Positions 47,167 to 58,639 of a stretch of DNA of 64,000 nt are shown here, piece after piece. A program made the translations under genes and the position numbers. Origin of the DNA: Heterodontus francisci (taxonomy: Eukaryota); the NCBI RefSeq assembly GCF_036365525.1, contig NC_090390.1, positions 63,179,559-63,243,558 on the forward strand, in the 5' to 3' direction. The notes below the pieces were generated by a model that saw only the letters and a program-made list of their open reading frames with translations, was not told the DNA's origin and ran no database searches. Numbering within the stretch: position 1 is the first letter of the stretch; each line of letters starts with the position of its first letter.

Positions 47167-49097
47167 GTGCTGACACGGACAAGGCCCCCGAGGGGGAGGG
47201 AGCCGCCAGGGACAAGGCCCCCGAGGGGGAGGGAGCCGCCAGGGATAAGGCCCCCGAGGGGGAGGGAGCCGCCAGGGATAAGGCCCCCGAGGGGGAGGGA
47301 GCCGCCAGGGATAAGGCCCCCGAGGGGGAGGGAGCCGCCAGGGATAAGGCCCCCGAGGGGGAGGGAGCCGCCAGGGATAAGGCCCCCGAGGGGGAGGGAG
47401 CCGCCAGGGATAAGGCCCCCGAGGGGGAGGGAGCCGCCAGGGATAAGGCCCCCGAGGGGGAGGGAGCCGCCAGGGATAAGGCCCCCGAGGGGGAGGGAGC
47501 CGCCAGGGATAAGGCCCCCGAGGGGGAGGGAGCCGCCAGGGATAAGGCCCCCGAGGGGGAGGGAGCCGCCAGGGATAAGGCCCCCGAGGGGGAGGGAGCC
47601 GCCAGGGCTAAGGCCCCCGAGGGGGAGGGAGCCGCCAGGGCTAAGGCCCCCGAGGGGGAGGGAGCCGCCAGGGCTAAGGCCCCCGAGGGGGAGGGAGCCG
47701 CCAGGGCTAAGGCCCCCGAGGGGGAGGGAGCCGCCAGGGCTAAGGCCCCCGAGGGGGAGGGAGCCGCCAGGGCTAAGGCCCCCGAGGGGGAGGGAGCCGC
47801 CAGGGCTAAGGCCCCCGAGGGGGAGGGAGCCGCCAGGGCTAAGGCCCCCGAGGGGGAGGGAGCCGCCAGGGCTAAGGCCCCCGAGGGGGAGGGAGCCGCC
47901 AGGGCTAAGGCCCCCGAGGGGGAGGGAGCCGCCAGGGCTAAGGCCCCCGAGGGGGAGGGAGCCGCCAGGGCTAAGGCCCCCGAGGGGGAGGGAGCCGCCA
48001 GGGCTAAGGCCCCCGAGGGGGAGGGAGCCGCCAGGGCTAAGGCCCCCGAGGGGGAGGGAGCCGCCAGGGCTAAGGCCCCCGAGGGGGAGGGAGCCGCCAG
48101 GGCTAAGGCCCCCGAGGGGGAGGGAGCCGCCAGGGCTAAGGCCCCCGAGGGGGAGGGAGCCGCCAGGGCTAAGGCCCCCGAGGGGGAGGGAGCCGCCAGG
48201 GCTAAGGCCCCCGAGGGGGAGGGAGCCGCCAGGGCTAAGGCCCCCGAGGGGGAGGGAGCCGCCAGGGCTAAGGCCCCCGAGGGGGAGGGAGCCGCCAGGG
48301 CTAAGGCCCCCGAGGGGGAGGGAGCCGCCAGGGCTAAGGCCCCCGAGGGGGAGGGAGCCGCCAGGGCTAAGGCCCCCGAGGGGGAGGGAGCCGCCAGGGC
48401 TAAGGCCCCCGAGGGGGAGGGAGCCGCCAGGGCTAAGGCCCCCGAGGGGGAGGGAGCCGCCAGGGCTAAGGCCCCCGAGGGGGAGGGAGCCGCCAGGGCT
48501 AAGGCCCCCGAGGGGGAGGGAGCCGCCAGGGCTAAGGCCCCCGAGGGGGAGGGAGCCGCCAGGGCTAAGGCCCCCGAGGGGGAGGGAGCCGCCAGGGCTA
48601 AGGCCCCCGAGGGGGAGGGAGCCGCCAGGGCTAAGGCCCCCGAGGGGGAGGGAGCCGCCAGGGCTAAGGCCCCCGAGGGGGAGGGAGCCGCCAGGGCTAA
48701 GGCCCCCGAGGGGGAGGGAGCCGCCAGGGCTAAGGCCCCCGAGGGGGAGGGAGCCGCCAGGGCTAAGGCCCCCGAGGGGGAGGGAGCCGCCAGGGCTAAG
48801 GCCCCCGAGGGGGAGGGAGCCGCCAGGGCTAAGGCCCCCGAGGGGGAGGGAGCCGCCAGGGCTAAGGCCCCCGAGGGGGAGGGAGCCGCCAGGGCTAAGG
48901 CCCCCGAGGGGGAGGGAGCCGCCAGGGCTAAGGCCCCCGAGGGGGAGGGTGCCGACACGGAAAAGGCCCCCAAGGGGGAAGGTGCCGCCACGGATAATGC
49001 TGTCGAGGGAGAGGGTGCAGGCAATTTCATAATTTATCTTATAAGTGGATCACTGTTTGTCGCCGTCGTATATATCCTATACCACAACAAAAATAAG
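47167..49097 (+). CDS. TGN38/TGOLN2-KCT2 family gene, exon 2 (repeat lumenal domain and TM helix)
   Basis: ctctttgctgttgcag| phase 1; (G)ADTD-(KAPEGEGAARD/A)53-...EGEGAGNFIIYLISGSLFVAVVYILYHNKNK|gtaagc; TM plus HNKxK matches family motif VAVLYIAHHNKRK. Confidence 0.9.
47181..48995 (+). repeat. 33-bp coding minisatellite, 53 near-identical units plus 2 degenerate units
   Basis: Unit AAGGCCCCCGAGGGGGAGGGAGCCGCCAGG(GAC/GAT/GCT); unit 1 ends GAC, units 2-12 GAT, units 13-53 GCT. Confidence 0.97.
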
Positions 49098-50381
49098 GTA
49101 AGCTGCTGAGTTTTGTGATTCGTGTACCAAGTGCAATAAATTTAGTTTAAGGTGTAAAGGGTTAGAGCCAGTATACTATCCAAGTTTGTCTTGATTCTCA
49201 TGCAAATGTGCTTTTGAGTGAGGAAGAATAATTGTGCATCTGTTAAAATAGAATATTTGGAAGAGACACTGCAATGTTGGAAGTGTGAAGTATAAAAAAT
49301 GACATGCAACTTAATGTGTAGTCACTTTCCTAAGTCAAAAGCCTGGTTGGGAGAAGTGACCTTGAACTCTAGAGGGAGGGGTCAAACTTTGAGGTCAATT
49401 TTATGTGAAAATTGTGTATAGTTTAAATAGTGCTTGCAATTCACCTGGTGAAATGCTACTCATGTAAAATAAAACTGGAAGATAAATTTAATTCCATCAG
49501 TTCTAATTTAACATTGTAGGCCTTACTTTAATAGTATTGCAGATGTACTTTCTCTGGCTGTATACTGGTAGAACTGGCAGGATTTTTGGCAGCAATGGTC
49601 ATCCTGCTAGTTCATTCCTCCATCCCCTGCCCAACTCCATGAGGATAGAAGGCCCAATATGAGATTTTCTTATCCTGTTGGAATTTTGGAACATGGCTAG
49701 AAGTGGATTCTGCCTCATTGTTCCTTCCCTTCCACCCCACCCACTTTGCACCACTTCTGTGCCCAAAATGGATGCAATTCACTGGATTAAATATTCTTGC
49801 AAACCTAATTAACTCAAAGTAACATCAGATTCCTAATCCTAGGTGAACATGAGATTAGCATGCATGGAAATTGCATTGGTACAGATCACGTAGAAAAATG
49901 TGATATGAAATGAGGTTTACAATATTGCTATTTGTAACTGAACTTGTTTTATTATTTGGTAGTGAATGTGGCAGATTATTTGTCAATTGATCATTATCTT
50001 TTCTATTATGATGCAACTTTACTTGCATCAAGTATTTAAGCTGACTTTGGAGTGGGCTAAGGGGTGAAGTGGAATTTTAACTTAACGGGCCTATCAAGAA
50101 ACAGACTGTCAAGTGCAACACTGGTTTTACGCCGTCTGATTTTATAGTCCATTTTTGGAGTCATTGGAGAGTAATGCTGGCAGAGTATTAACTGGTGTTC
50201 CACCTGGCAAGAAGTTAAAATTACCCCCTTGGTTATTAGAAAATGAGTCATAGACTCAGCTGATGATCTAAGATTAAATCTTTAAGTTGTATTATGTCAT
50301 GGTAGGCAGGATACTTCAATGATGGCCAGAGACTCTGTTTTAAGATGAGCTATCTATATACTATGTACCTGATTATTCCAG

Positions 50382-50507
50382 ATCACTGCCTTGTGTCAGA
50401 AAAATGGGCCCAGAAGAGCTAGACGTCCAAAGGTATCTGAATATCAGCGGCTTGATCAGAATTTAAGTGAAGTCATCACCAGTCTGAAAAAGAAAAATCT
50501 TGATTGA
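50382..50507 (+). CDS. TGN38/TGOLN2-KCT2 family gene, exon 3 (cytoplasmic tail)
   Basis: ttccag|ITALCQKNGPRRARRPKVSEYQRLDQNLSEVITSLKKKNLD*; RRPKxSxYQRLDQ as in TGN38/46. Confidence 0.92.
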   Translation: MTALCQKNGPRRARRPKVSEYQRLDQNLSEVITSLKKKNLD

Positions 50508-52210
50508 GACAAGTTTTGAGGTATGTTCTTGAAATGTTTGTCTTCTTATAAAGTATCTTTGACTTTTTACCTAATGGATGACACCTAATGTGCTCAATGG
50601 ATGTATCAGTTTATAGTTGGCTTTATTCAATACCTTCATTTGGGGACCTTGGACCTAGTTTATTCTGCATTTTGTGTAATGAACCATTCATAAAAGCTTA
50701 CTGCTACTTGTCTGGAGTTGTTTATAATGCTGTAGTGCTTTTTTTTTTGCCCTGAGATTCATGCTCCGACCTGGAAGCAAAGGAAAGCCCTGGCAAAAAA
50801 GCAAAGAGATTTGCTCCATTTTGATGTCTTCTGAAATCCTATTCATGGTTTTTCATTGTAATTGCTCATTCAAGATCAGAGGTTAAGTTAGCACTGAGGT
50901 GCCCTTTAAATAGTGTGATAAAACTGCAATAGCTGCTTTGGTAGTTATAGGTGACTCTTGCTGAGCTTAAGTAAACTCTACCACTTTAATGTCCTTGTAT
51001 CATTAGCTATCAGCATGAACTGGCAGATGTACCCCTTACCAGCTTTTGGTTCCTGAATCTCATCTGTCCCTTCTAACTGGGATTTGTGAAGGGAAGAGAA
51101 TTGTCTCCCTGGCTGGAACACATTCAAACATATCAAGTTGCTTGAGAAAAGCAAGCACTATTTTTACACACGACTGCCTCCACTTGCATCCCTCTTAACA
51201 CATCTTTTTAAGAGGTGGGATGAGATCACTTCTACTGGCTGACATGAGTAATATTGATGTAATCCATACTCTAGGGGTGAGAGTATTTATCAGCTTTTGC
51301 ACTGTTTGTCCCAAGGTGAGTAGGCCAGAATTCTGAGTCAGGTGGCTGGTCGGCTTCTAGATTAAAATACAATTCTCCTGGTGGGCAGTTAACAAATGTC
51401 AATTGTGTAATAGAATGAAGTAGAATTAATCTAATTGCATTAATGTGTTCTCTCTCTAAAAGGTTTACAACATTGTGTAAAACATTCCACCAAATTAAAG
51501 CTCTGAAGCCACAAATCCTTGAAAAACTGGAAATGGAGGAAAAATGTTGACGCAGTTTTAAAAAAAAACCCAACATAGGAAGAAGGTCCTCTTTGAAGAT
51601 TTCAGTCCACTTGCAGCTTTGCTTACCAGTAAACCCAATGGAAGAAACTCATGTTAACACTGTCCACGTGTAATAACAAAGTGCCTTTTTATCCTATGGT
51701 TTAAAACTTGATTTATTTTAACTCAGCATCTCTTTGTACAAAGCTGCCCCTCAAACATATTGTAAAACTTTGGTTGAATTGTAACTTGTAGGCAGAGTTG
51801 GTCTATTTTGTACATGCATTTATAAAATTGTGATTCTTTAAGATAATTCTGTTCTACTTGCAGACAGTTTTTTCAGATAATTAAATAAGCTTGATATATA
51901 TCCAAACTACAATAGTTTTCTATGATCAGATCTAGGTATAGATTGGATCCAAGGCCATAGTATCATTTGGCAATTTGTACAAATGCAATTTTGAATATTT
52001 ACTATTTTTTTTAGCTCTCCAGAATTTTCATGTGCCTTACTTGCCCATGCCCATTACTTGTATTGCAAGTATTGAAATTGTATCAAAATAGTCTCAACTG
52101 TTTTCATATTTAATAGGTTGCTGCTTATAAGTAAATACATGTTCTATTTTTGTGTATATTCACTTTTTATGGAGCCATTGTACACTGATTTTTACAATGC
52201 TTGAGTGAAA
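50508..52210 (+). other. Probable 3' UTR of the TGOLN2/KCT2-like gene
   Basis: AT-rich stretch with no recognised repeats after the stop codon; only variant poly(A) signals seen (ATTAAA, AGTAAA), so the end is uncertain. Confidence 0.4.
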
Positions 52211-52394
52211 TAGATTACTACATCCAGGTCTCTTCATCTGGTTGTGTACTTGTGCTGGGATGAGTGCAGGGCTTGCTTAATTCATGTTCTTAGTTTTGAT
52301 CTGTTAGCCCTGGGTGAAAGAAGGAAATAGTCCTACTTAGTAAAAGGAAAGCAAAATACAGAAAATCTTGAAACAAAAAAATGCTGGAAATGCT

Positions 52395-54310
52395 TGGTGT
52401 TCCTCAAGGGTCAGTGCTAGGATCGTTCCTTTTTTAAAAAATATATAAATGATATTTGGAATACAGTAGAATTTCTAAATTTGCTGCCAATTATAACAAA
52501 CTTGGAGTGGCAGTGAGGATGATGCCAACTATCTGCAACAGGTCATCAGCTAGCAGAATGGGTAGACAAGTGGCAGATGGAATTTAATACATGTGCAAGG
52601 TGATGCAGTTTGTCAGAAGGGAGAGATAGGGCGAGGCTATATAGACTTAATGACAGTTTTGAAGAATGTAGGAACAAGAGGGCCTGGGCGTTCGTGTGCA
52701 TTGATTTTTGAAGGTGTGGGACATATTGAGTAGTTAAAGCATATAGGATCTTGGGCTTCATAAATGGAGGCATTGAGTACAATGCCTGGTCAGACCCCAA
52801 CTGGAGTATTGTCCCGTTCTGGTCACTACACTCCTTTAGAAAAGATGTGAGGTTCCTTAAGAGGGTATAGAAGATTTACCAGAATAGTTCCAGGGATGGG
52901 GGATTTTAGTTACAAGGTTAGGTTGGAAAAGCTGGGATTGCACTGAGTAAAGGTTTTGGGCAAGAGAAGCAGGGGCAATGTGAGGAAAAACTTTTTTACA
53001 CAGCAACTGATAATGACCTAGAACACTTTGCTCACAAGGGTGATGGAAATGGAGAATCAATGATTTCATAAGGAAATTGGCACTTGGAGAAAAAAAAAAC
53101 TTGGAGGGCCATGGACTGAGCAGAGCAATGGGACTGGCTAGATTGAGTAATCAGCTGACTGGCCTCCTCCTGTGCCATAAATGACTAGTGCAACCTGACC
53201 TGAAGATTTAGTTAATCATTTAAATGAGGGCAGCACAAAATCTGCATGCCACCTGCCTCAATAGGCGCCAACATTGTGAATCACGACTCCCTGCGCTCAA
53301 GTGGACTTTAATGAATCTTAAGCCAAACTTTTCCCAATAGTTGAAAGGTTAATAACCAGAGGCCACAGATTCAAGGTGATTGAAACCAGAAGCAACATGA
53401 AAAACCTTTTTATGCAATAAGTAGTTAGGATTTGGAATGCACTGCCTCATGGGTTGGGGAATACAGATTCTATAGAAGCCTTTAAAGGGGAAATTGGAAA
53501 AATACTTAAGAATTGTAGGGATCTAGGAATGAGCTGAGGTGCAAGACTCACTGGATTGCTCTTTGAAAGGGTCAACAGAGACCAGATGGGGCAAATGACT
53601 ACCTCCTTTGCTGTGCTACTCTGATTCTATGATTTGAGTTGAGAGAAACAGAATAAACATTTCACGTCAGTAACCTTTCATCAGATCTACTTTACTTACC
53701 AGTTGTTAGGATCATTAGCAGTAGCTAGATTGCAGTGCTGGAAGAGTGGAGAAGTAAGCCTCCACTCCGTCCCAGACTGTGCTATCTTAAATCAAACAGA
53801 TGCTTTCCCCAGCAGCCCCCACAGCCTCAATTCTTTATAAAGACAGATACATGTGAACATACAAATTAGGAGCAGAAGGAGCCATTCGGCCCCTCTAGCC
53901 TACTCCACTATTCAATAAGGTCATGGTTGATCTGTGTCTCAAATCCCACACTCCCATCTGCCCCTGATAACCTTTGATTTCCTTGCCTAACAAGAACCTA
54001 TCTACCCCCTGCCTTAACATTATTTAATGATCCTGTCTCCACCACCTCTGAAGCAGAATTCCAAAGTTGCACAACACTCAGAAAAAAATTCTCCTCATCT
54101 CTGTCCTAAAAGGGCGGCCCTTAAGTTTAAAACAGTTTCCCCCTAGTTCTGGATCCCCCCTGAAGAGGAAACATCCTTTCCACATCCACCTTGTCAAGAC
54201 CGTTCAGCATCTTATATACTTCAATCAAATCTCCCCTTATTCTTCTAAACTCCAGTGAAAACAAGCCCAAACTGTCCAACCTTTCCTTATAAGACAGATG
54301 TCCCAGCATC
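52395..54310. mobile_element. Cluster of old CR1 3' fragments
   Basis: GVPQGSVLG...WQMEFN at 52395-53190 (+); 3' ends at 53330-53635 (+) and 53850-54310 (-). Confidence 0.7.
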
Positions 54311-54433
54311 TATAGTGGGGCTGCATATGTTTTATGGTGATAAGAAATGCTGGGACAGCTTAACTCCGTAATTGATAGCCCATATTTTTTCTTCTCATTG
54401 GCTGTACATTGTGTATGTAATATGTATGTATAT

Positions 54434-55488
54434 TGTTACGATCAGGTGAGGTGTGGTCAAAAGCCTCCCCTCTTGCCCCTCCATGTTTGACTGCAACAGG
54501 CCATATTTCTTTTTAAAAAGTGTGTATGCTTACCAATTTAGTGATTGTTTAACCATCTTACATGCTATGATCATAAAAGAACCAATCGAGACAGGTTTTC
54601 TTGAGTTTAACAAAGAAAGGGGTTAGCTTTATTGTACTTAAACCAATCTAAGTAAAATAATAAACTACGTTCCAACTTTCTCACACGCTCCTGAGATTCA
54701 CGGACGCAAATAGGTTACAGAGTGGGGAAGAATAGATTGGTTGGATTAGAGTCCGGAGCAATAAAAACAAAGTACACAGTGTATGGAGTTTGGTAACTCA
54801 GTTGTCCTCTGGTTGAGCGCCATGGTCCTGAGGCTTCCAGCTTGTAGATGTGGCCAGCTGGTTTAGGGCTTTCTTGGAGACAGTGATGCAGAAAGTTTTC
54901 TTCAGGGGGACGGTCTACAGCAATGATAGGCTTGGATGATTACAGCCAATAGGCAGAGTTCAAACTTGCAAGGTGGTCTGGAGAGAGAGACCCCACTTGG
55001 GTCTTTACTGGTCAGTCTCCGTTTCTTGTCTACCTGCAGAGAGAGAGAGAGCAACTAGCTTAAAACACACAGATGGTGGGTCTGTTACATGGCCCAGTGT
55101 GTATTCTCTCTCTCTTGCAAATTAATTAGTTCATGTCTAAGAATTCCAATCTCTCTCTGGGTCCTACTGTTCCAGTGATTACCTTTTGAGTGGTCCATCT
55201 CCACCAGTGTTAATGTTCCAATATTGCCTTTAATGTCTTGTTAATGAGGACAGGACAGGTAGTCCATTCAAAATTCCCAGGCCATTGTTCTAGATGGGGA
55301 CTCACCAGACCTTATGTCCCCACCTCAATACATTGGAATGTCGGGTATTTTGATGCAAAGTATAGTGACTATTTTAGCTGCTAGCAGTCACCTTTTATTA
55401 GTTTTTTCCCCTTTTTTTAAAAGTTTAATTCAGGTTTCTAACCGATGGATTAAAAAATTATCATTCAGCATAGCACATGCTCATGACA
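54434..55488 (-). mobile_element. Solo LTR with 4-bp TSD
   Basis: TGTTACG...CATGACA termini, flanked by ATAT on both sides; 1055 bp. Confidence 0.85.
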
Positions 55489-56749
55489 ATATATTAATGT
55501 CTGTGTGTGAGAGAGAGAGAGACTAGCTGCAAAAATGGTTAGTAATTTGGAGCAGTTACATTGGCACTAACAGAGCAGAGATGGGAGTATTTTTTTTCCA
55601 GAGCAGGATGCAGACGTAAGTGGGATTGGAGGAGGGTAGGGGAACATGGGTGGTGAGATACACAAGGAAGTGGTTGGATATGGCCTTATTCATCATTTTG
55701 ATGATAGGACTAGAGAGCTGCCATAGACAGCAAGGTTCAGGAGGTGACTACAAATGTGGGTAAAGGGTTTATATTCAGGTAGAGGTGAAGAGAGGACAAG
55801 GTGAGTTAAAATGGAGTTTTAAATCACCGAGTATAACGATTCACTCAGTGCAAAAGCTGAAAGGAGAGGAGGTAAAATATCTCGAGAAATTCTGGCTAGG
55901 ACAGGGTGGTAGAGAATGATTTTAAAGGAGAATCAAGATGAGTGGACCAAGGTGAGGTGCTCAAAAGAGGACAAGGTGTCAGAGGAGATGGGCAAGGGGA
56001 CGAGAAAGACTGAGATGTGCCTTAGTGATCATGGCCGCACTGCCAATGTGGCAGTTTGGGGGAGGAAGATGGTGGAAAGTATAACCAGAAGTAAGTGTTG
56101 CCACCAGTAACACAAATGTCAGTCAAAGCCAAAATGACAATGCAATCGCCCTTAATAGTTACAGATGTAAGGTTTGAGTGAACTGACATTCTGGAAAGAA
56201 ATGCCGAAAGGGTGGTTATTTTTGATTCTCCAATAGAGCAAAGGGGTAGTGATAGGTGAGGTGAGCAGGGAAGGGAATGAGCTCCATTGGATACACTGGC
56301 TGCAAAGGTCAGGAAGAGAGGAAGACGGGACATCAGAGCTGTTGCTTATGAGGAGTCAGCAATGGATGACTCAATGGGACCTTTGGAGAATGGCAGGAGA
56401 GGCACAGACATAGGCTTGTCGGGGTGGGGGTAGGAATACAAGCCTGGGAATGCAGCAGAAGGGTATGTAGAGAAGTAGTGATGGGTTGGAGGGAAAAATA
56501 CCTAAGAGGAGACAAATGAAAGATGGCATGACTGGGTGACAGGAAAGGAAGGAGACAGGACAGAATGGTCCATGAGAAGAAAGAAAATGGAGATCGCAGA
56601 AATGGGTTCAGGACCTTTGCAGCAGCCAAAACGTGCACAGGTAATTCAGGTCACAGAGGCAAGACAAAGATTAAAGATATGTTCTGGCTGTAAATTGATA
56701 AGGACCAGATGACATGTAATAGTTAACGATAAAGGACACAAAAACGCCT

Positions 56750-57315
56750 ATTTCATCCTCTGCTTCCACCCCTACTTCAGCCCATTAGCTACTGAAACCC
56801 TTATGCATCTCTTTGTTCCCTTCAGACATGACTATTCCAGTTTTCTCCTGACCAGTCTACCATTCTCCACATTCCATAAACTTCAGCTCATGCAAACCTC
56901 TGCAGTTCATATCCATCCCGCACCAAGTCCCACTCACCCATCACCCCTGTCCTTGCTAACATACATTGGAGCTGTTGGGGGACTGAAACCCAATTTAAAA
57001 TGATCAGCTTTGTATATGAATCCCTTCATGACCTTGTCCCTCCCCAACTCAACCGCCTCCAGCCCTACAACACCCCAAGAATTCTCCACTCTGCCCATTT
57101 AGGCCTCTCTGGTCTTATCTTTACTCCATCATTGGCAGCTGTGTCTTCATCCAGGCCTCACGCTCAAACTCCCTCTCCTCCCGGAAGACCCAGTTTACCC
57201 ACCCCGGGCTAGGTTTTGGTCACCCCTCCTAACATTAGCTGAGTCAACTTTTGTCTAATTAGGGCGTTCTAAAGCACTTTGGGAAGGACGTCAAAGGTGT
57301 TGTATTAATGCAATT
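56750..57315 (+). mobile_element. Old L2 3' fragment
   Basis: Similar to 33250-33780 (HKLQLMQTSA...). Confidence 0.6.
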
Positions 57316-57759
57316 TGTGCATTTGTTTCACTCAGAATTATACGTGAAGCTTTTTAATCGTTATCTTGCTGCAAATGTAATGTGTATACATAGTCTCTCC
57401 TCGAAAAAAACTAAGAGGGAGTGAACGTGCACACTTCATCAAACCTGCGCCCTGTACAGACTACAATAGGAAATGCAGGATGTTCTCAAAGCGCCACTTC
57501 GTCTTTGTTCGTGGGTGGGGGGAAAGGAAGCTGAATTTTCCGAAAGTAGATGGTTCCCAATAAATTGGAAGTTCGGTATCAGCGTGTTATCGGACTGGGA
57601 GCCGAGGGATCTAAATTTACCCCTTGCATCCTACACAGGAAATGTGAGGAAACACCCAGTGAAAACTCGCTAACTTGAGCCATTTCCAGAACTCCGAATA
57701 AAACTGTCCTTCAAATCTGCGAGATCAGGGATTCCGCCACTAAATCCGAGACTGGGAGC

Positions 57760-58035
57760 TAATCCTATTTGCCGTACAATTTTGAAACGATATATAGATG
57801 TAAGTACACACTTCAGCCACAGCCATTGAAGTGCTGGGTTTATTGAAGTGAGTGCAGGGGGCGGAACTGTAACTGGTTACTCAGAGCCTTCAGTTTCAGA
57901 TCCAATCATTTCCTCAGCTCACTGCGTCGAACACAATTTGTCAATTTCAGCGACAACCGACCAACTGTGAAGAAAGGTTCTTCCTGTTGTTTCACTCTGC
58001 TGCTTCTAATCGCTTAGGCCGAAGGTACTGGTAAA
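57760..58035 (+). promoter_or_regulatory. Candidate CASP7 promoter / non-coding exon 1
   Basis: Locally CpG-retaining sequence, GC box GGGGCGG near 57857, possible donors AG|gtactg or G|gtaaaa near 58024-58031; the coding exon has an acceptor 2 nt before the ATG, so an upstream exon is needed. Confidence 0.35.
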
Positions 58036-58351
58036 ACTTTTCTCATGAATTTAATTCGATTTTGGATTTGGAGGGTAGAAAGACATCTCTTTTAGATAAG
58101 TGTGCGATCTGTCTCGCAGATTCCACATAAATACTTTGATCCAATCATTTTCAGTTTGATGTGATGTCCTTTGTTTCAAAATTATTAATACTTAAAAACT
58201 AGTTCCACGACAATATGCTCAACTGTGTAGATAAAACTAAATATTAATGGAAATACTTGTTGCCCTATTTTTAAGTACCGATGGTGACTTTTAGCTTTTT
58301 AAAATATGACCATCTTATTTGTAAGCAACTGCCCTGGACAGTGGCATATAG

Positions 58352-58638
58352 TTTTTTTCTATGTCAGAGGATGTGGGTGTCGCTGGCCCATCTCTAATTG
58401 CCCTTGAAAACTGATTGACATATTAGGCCATTTTAAAGGGCAGTTAAGAGTCAACCACATTGCTGTGGGTCTGGAGTCACGTGTAGACCAGGTAAGGACG
58501 GCAGATTTCCTTCCCTAAGGGACATTGAACCAGATGGGTTTTTATGACAATCGATAGTTTTATGACACCAATACTGAGACTAATTTACAATTCTGAATTG
58601 TTAATAATTAATTGAATTTAAATTCCACCAGCTGCCGT
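58352..58638 (-). mobile_element. Second, truncated copy of the LINE-derived SINE
   Basis: Matches 41139-41430. Confidence 0.75.
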
Positions 58639-58639
58639 G

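Noticed and set aside
47181-48995. Array as a CRISPR-like locus
   Set aside because: No unique spacers; plain tandem repeat in a eukaryote
47138-49030. 630-aa minus-strand ORF (ALALAAPSPSG)n
   Set aside because: Antisense shadow of the coding minisatellite; no flanking domains or splice support
47155-49032. 625-aa plus-strand ORF (RPPRGREPPGL)n
   Set aside because: Wrong frame: non-ATG start in the intron and a stop before the TM segment; the KAPEGEGAAR frame fits both splice phases and the family motif
50487-50504. C-terminal KKKNLD as an ER-retrieval dilysine signal
   Set aside because: Lysines are at -4, -5 and -6; KKxx and KxKxx need a lysine at -3
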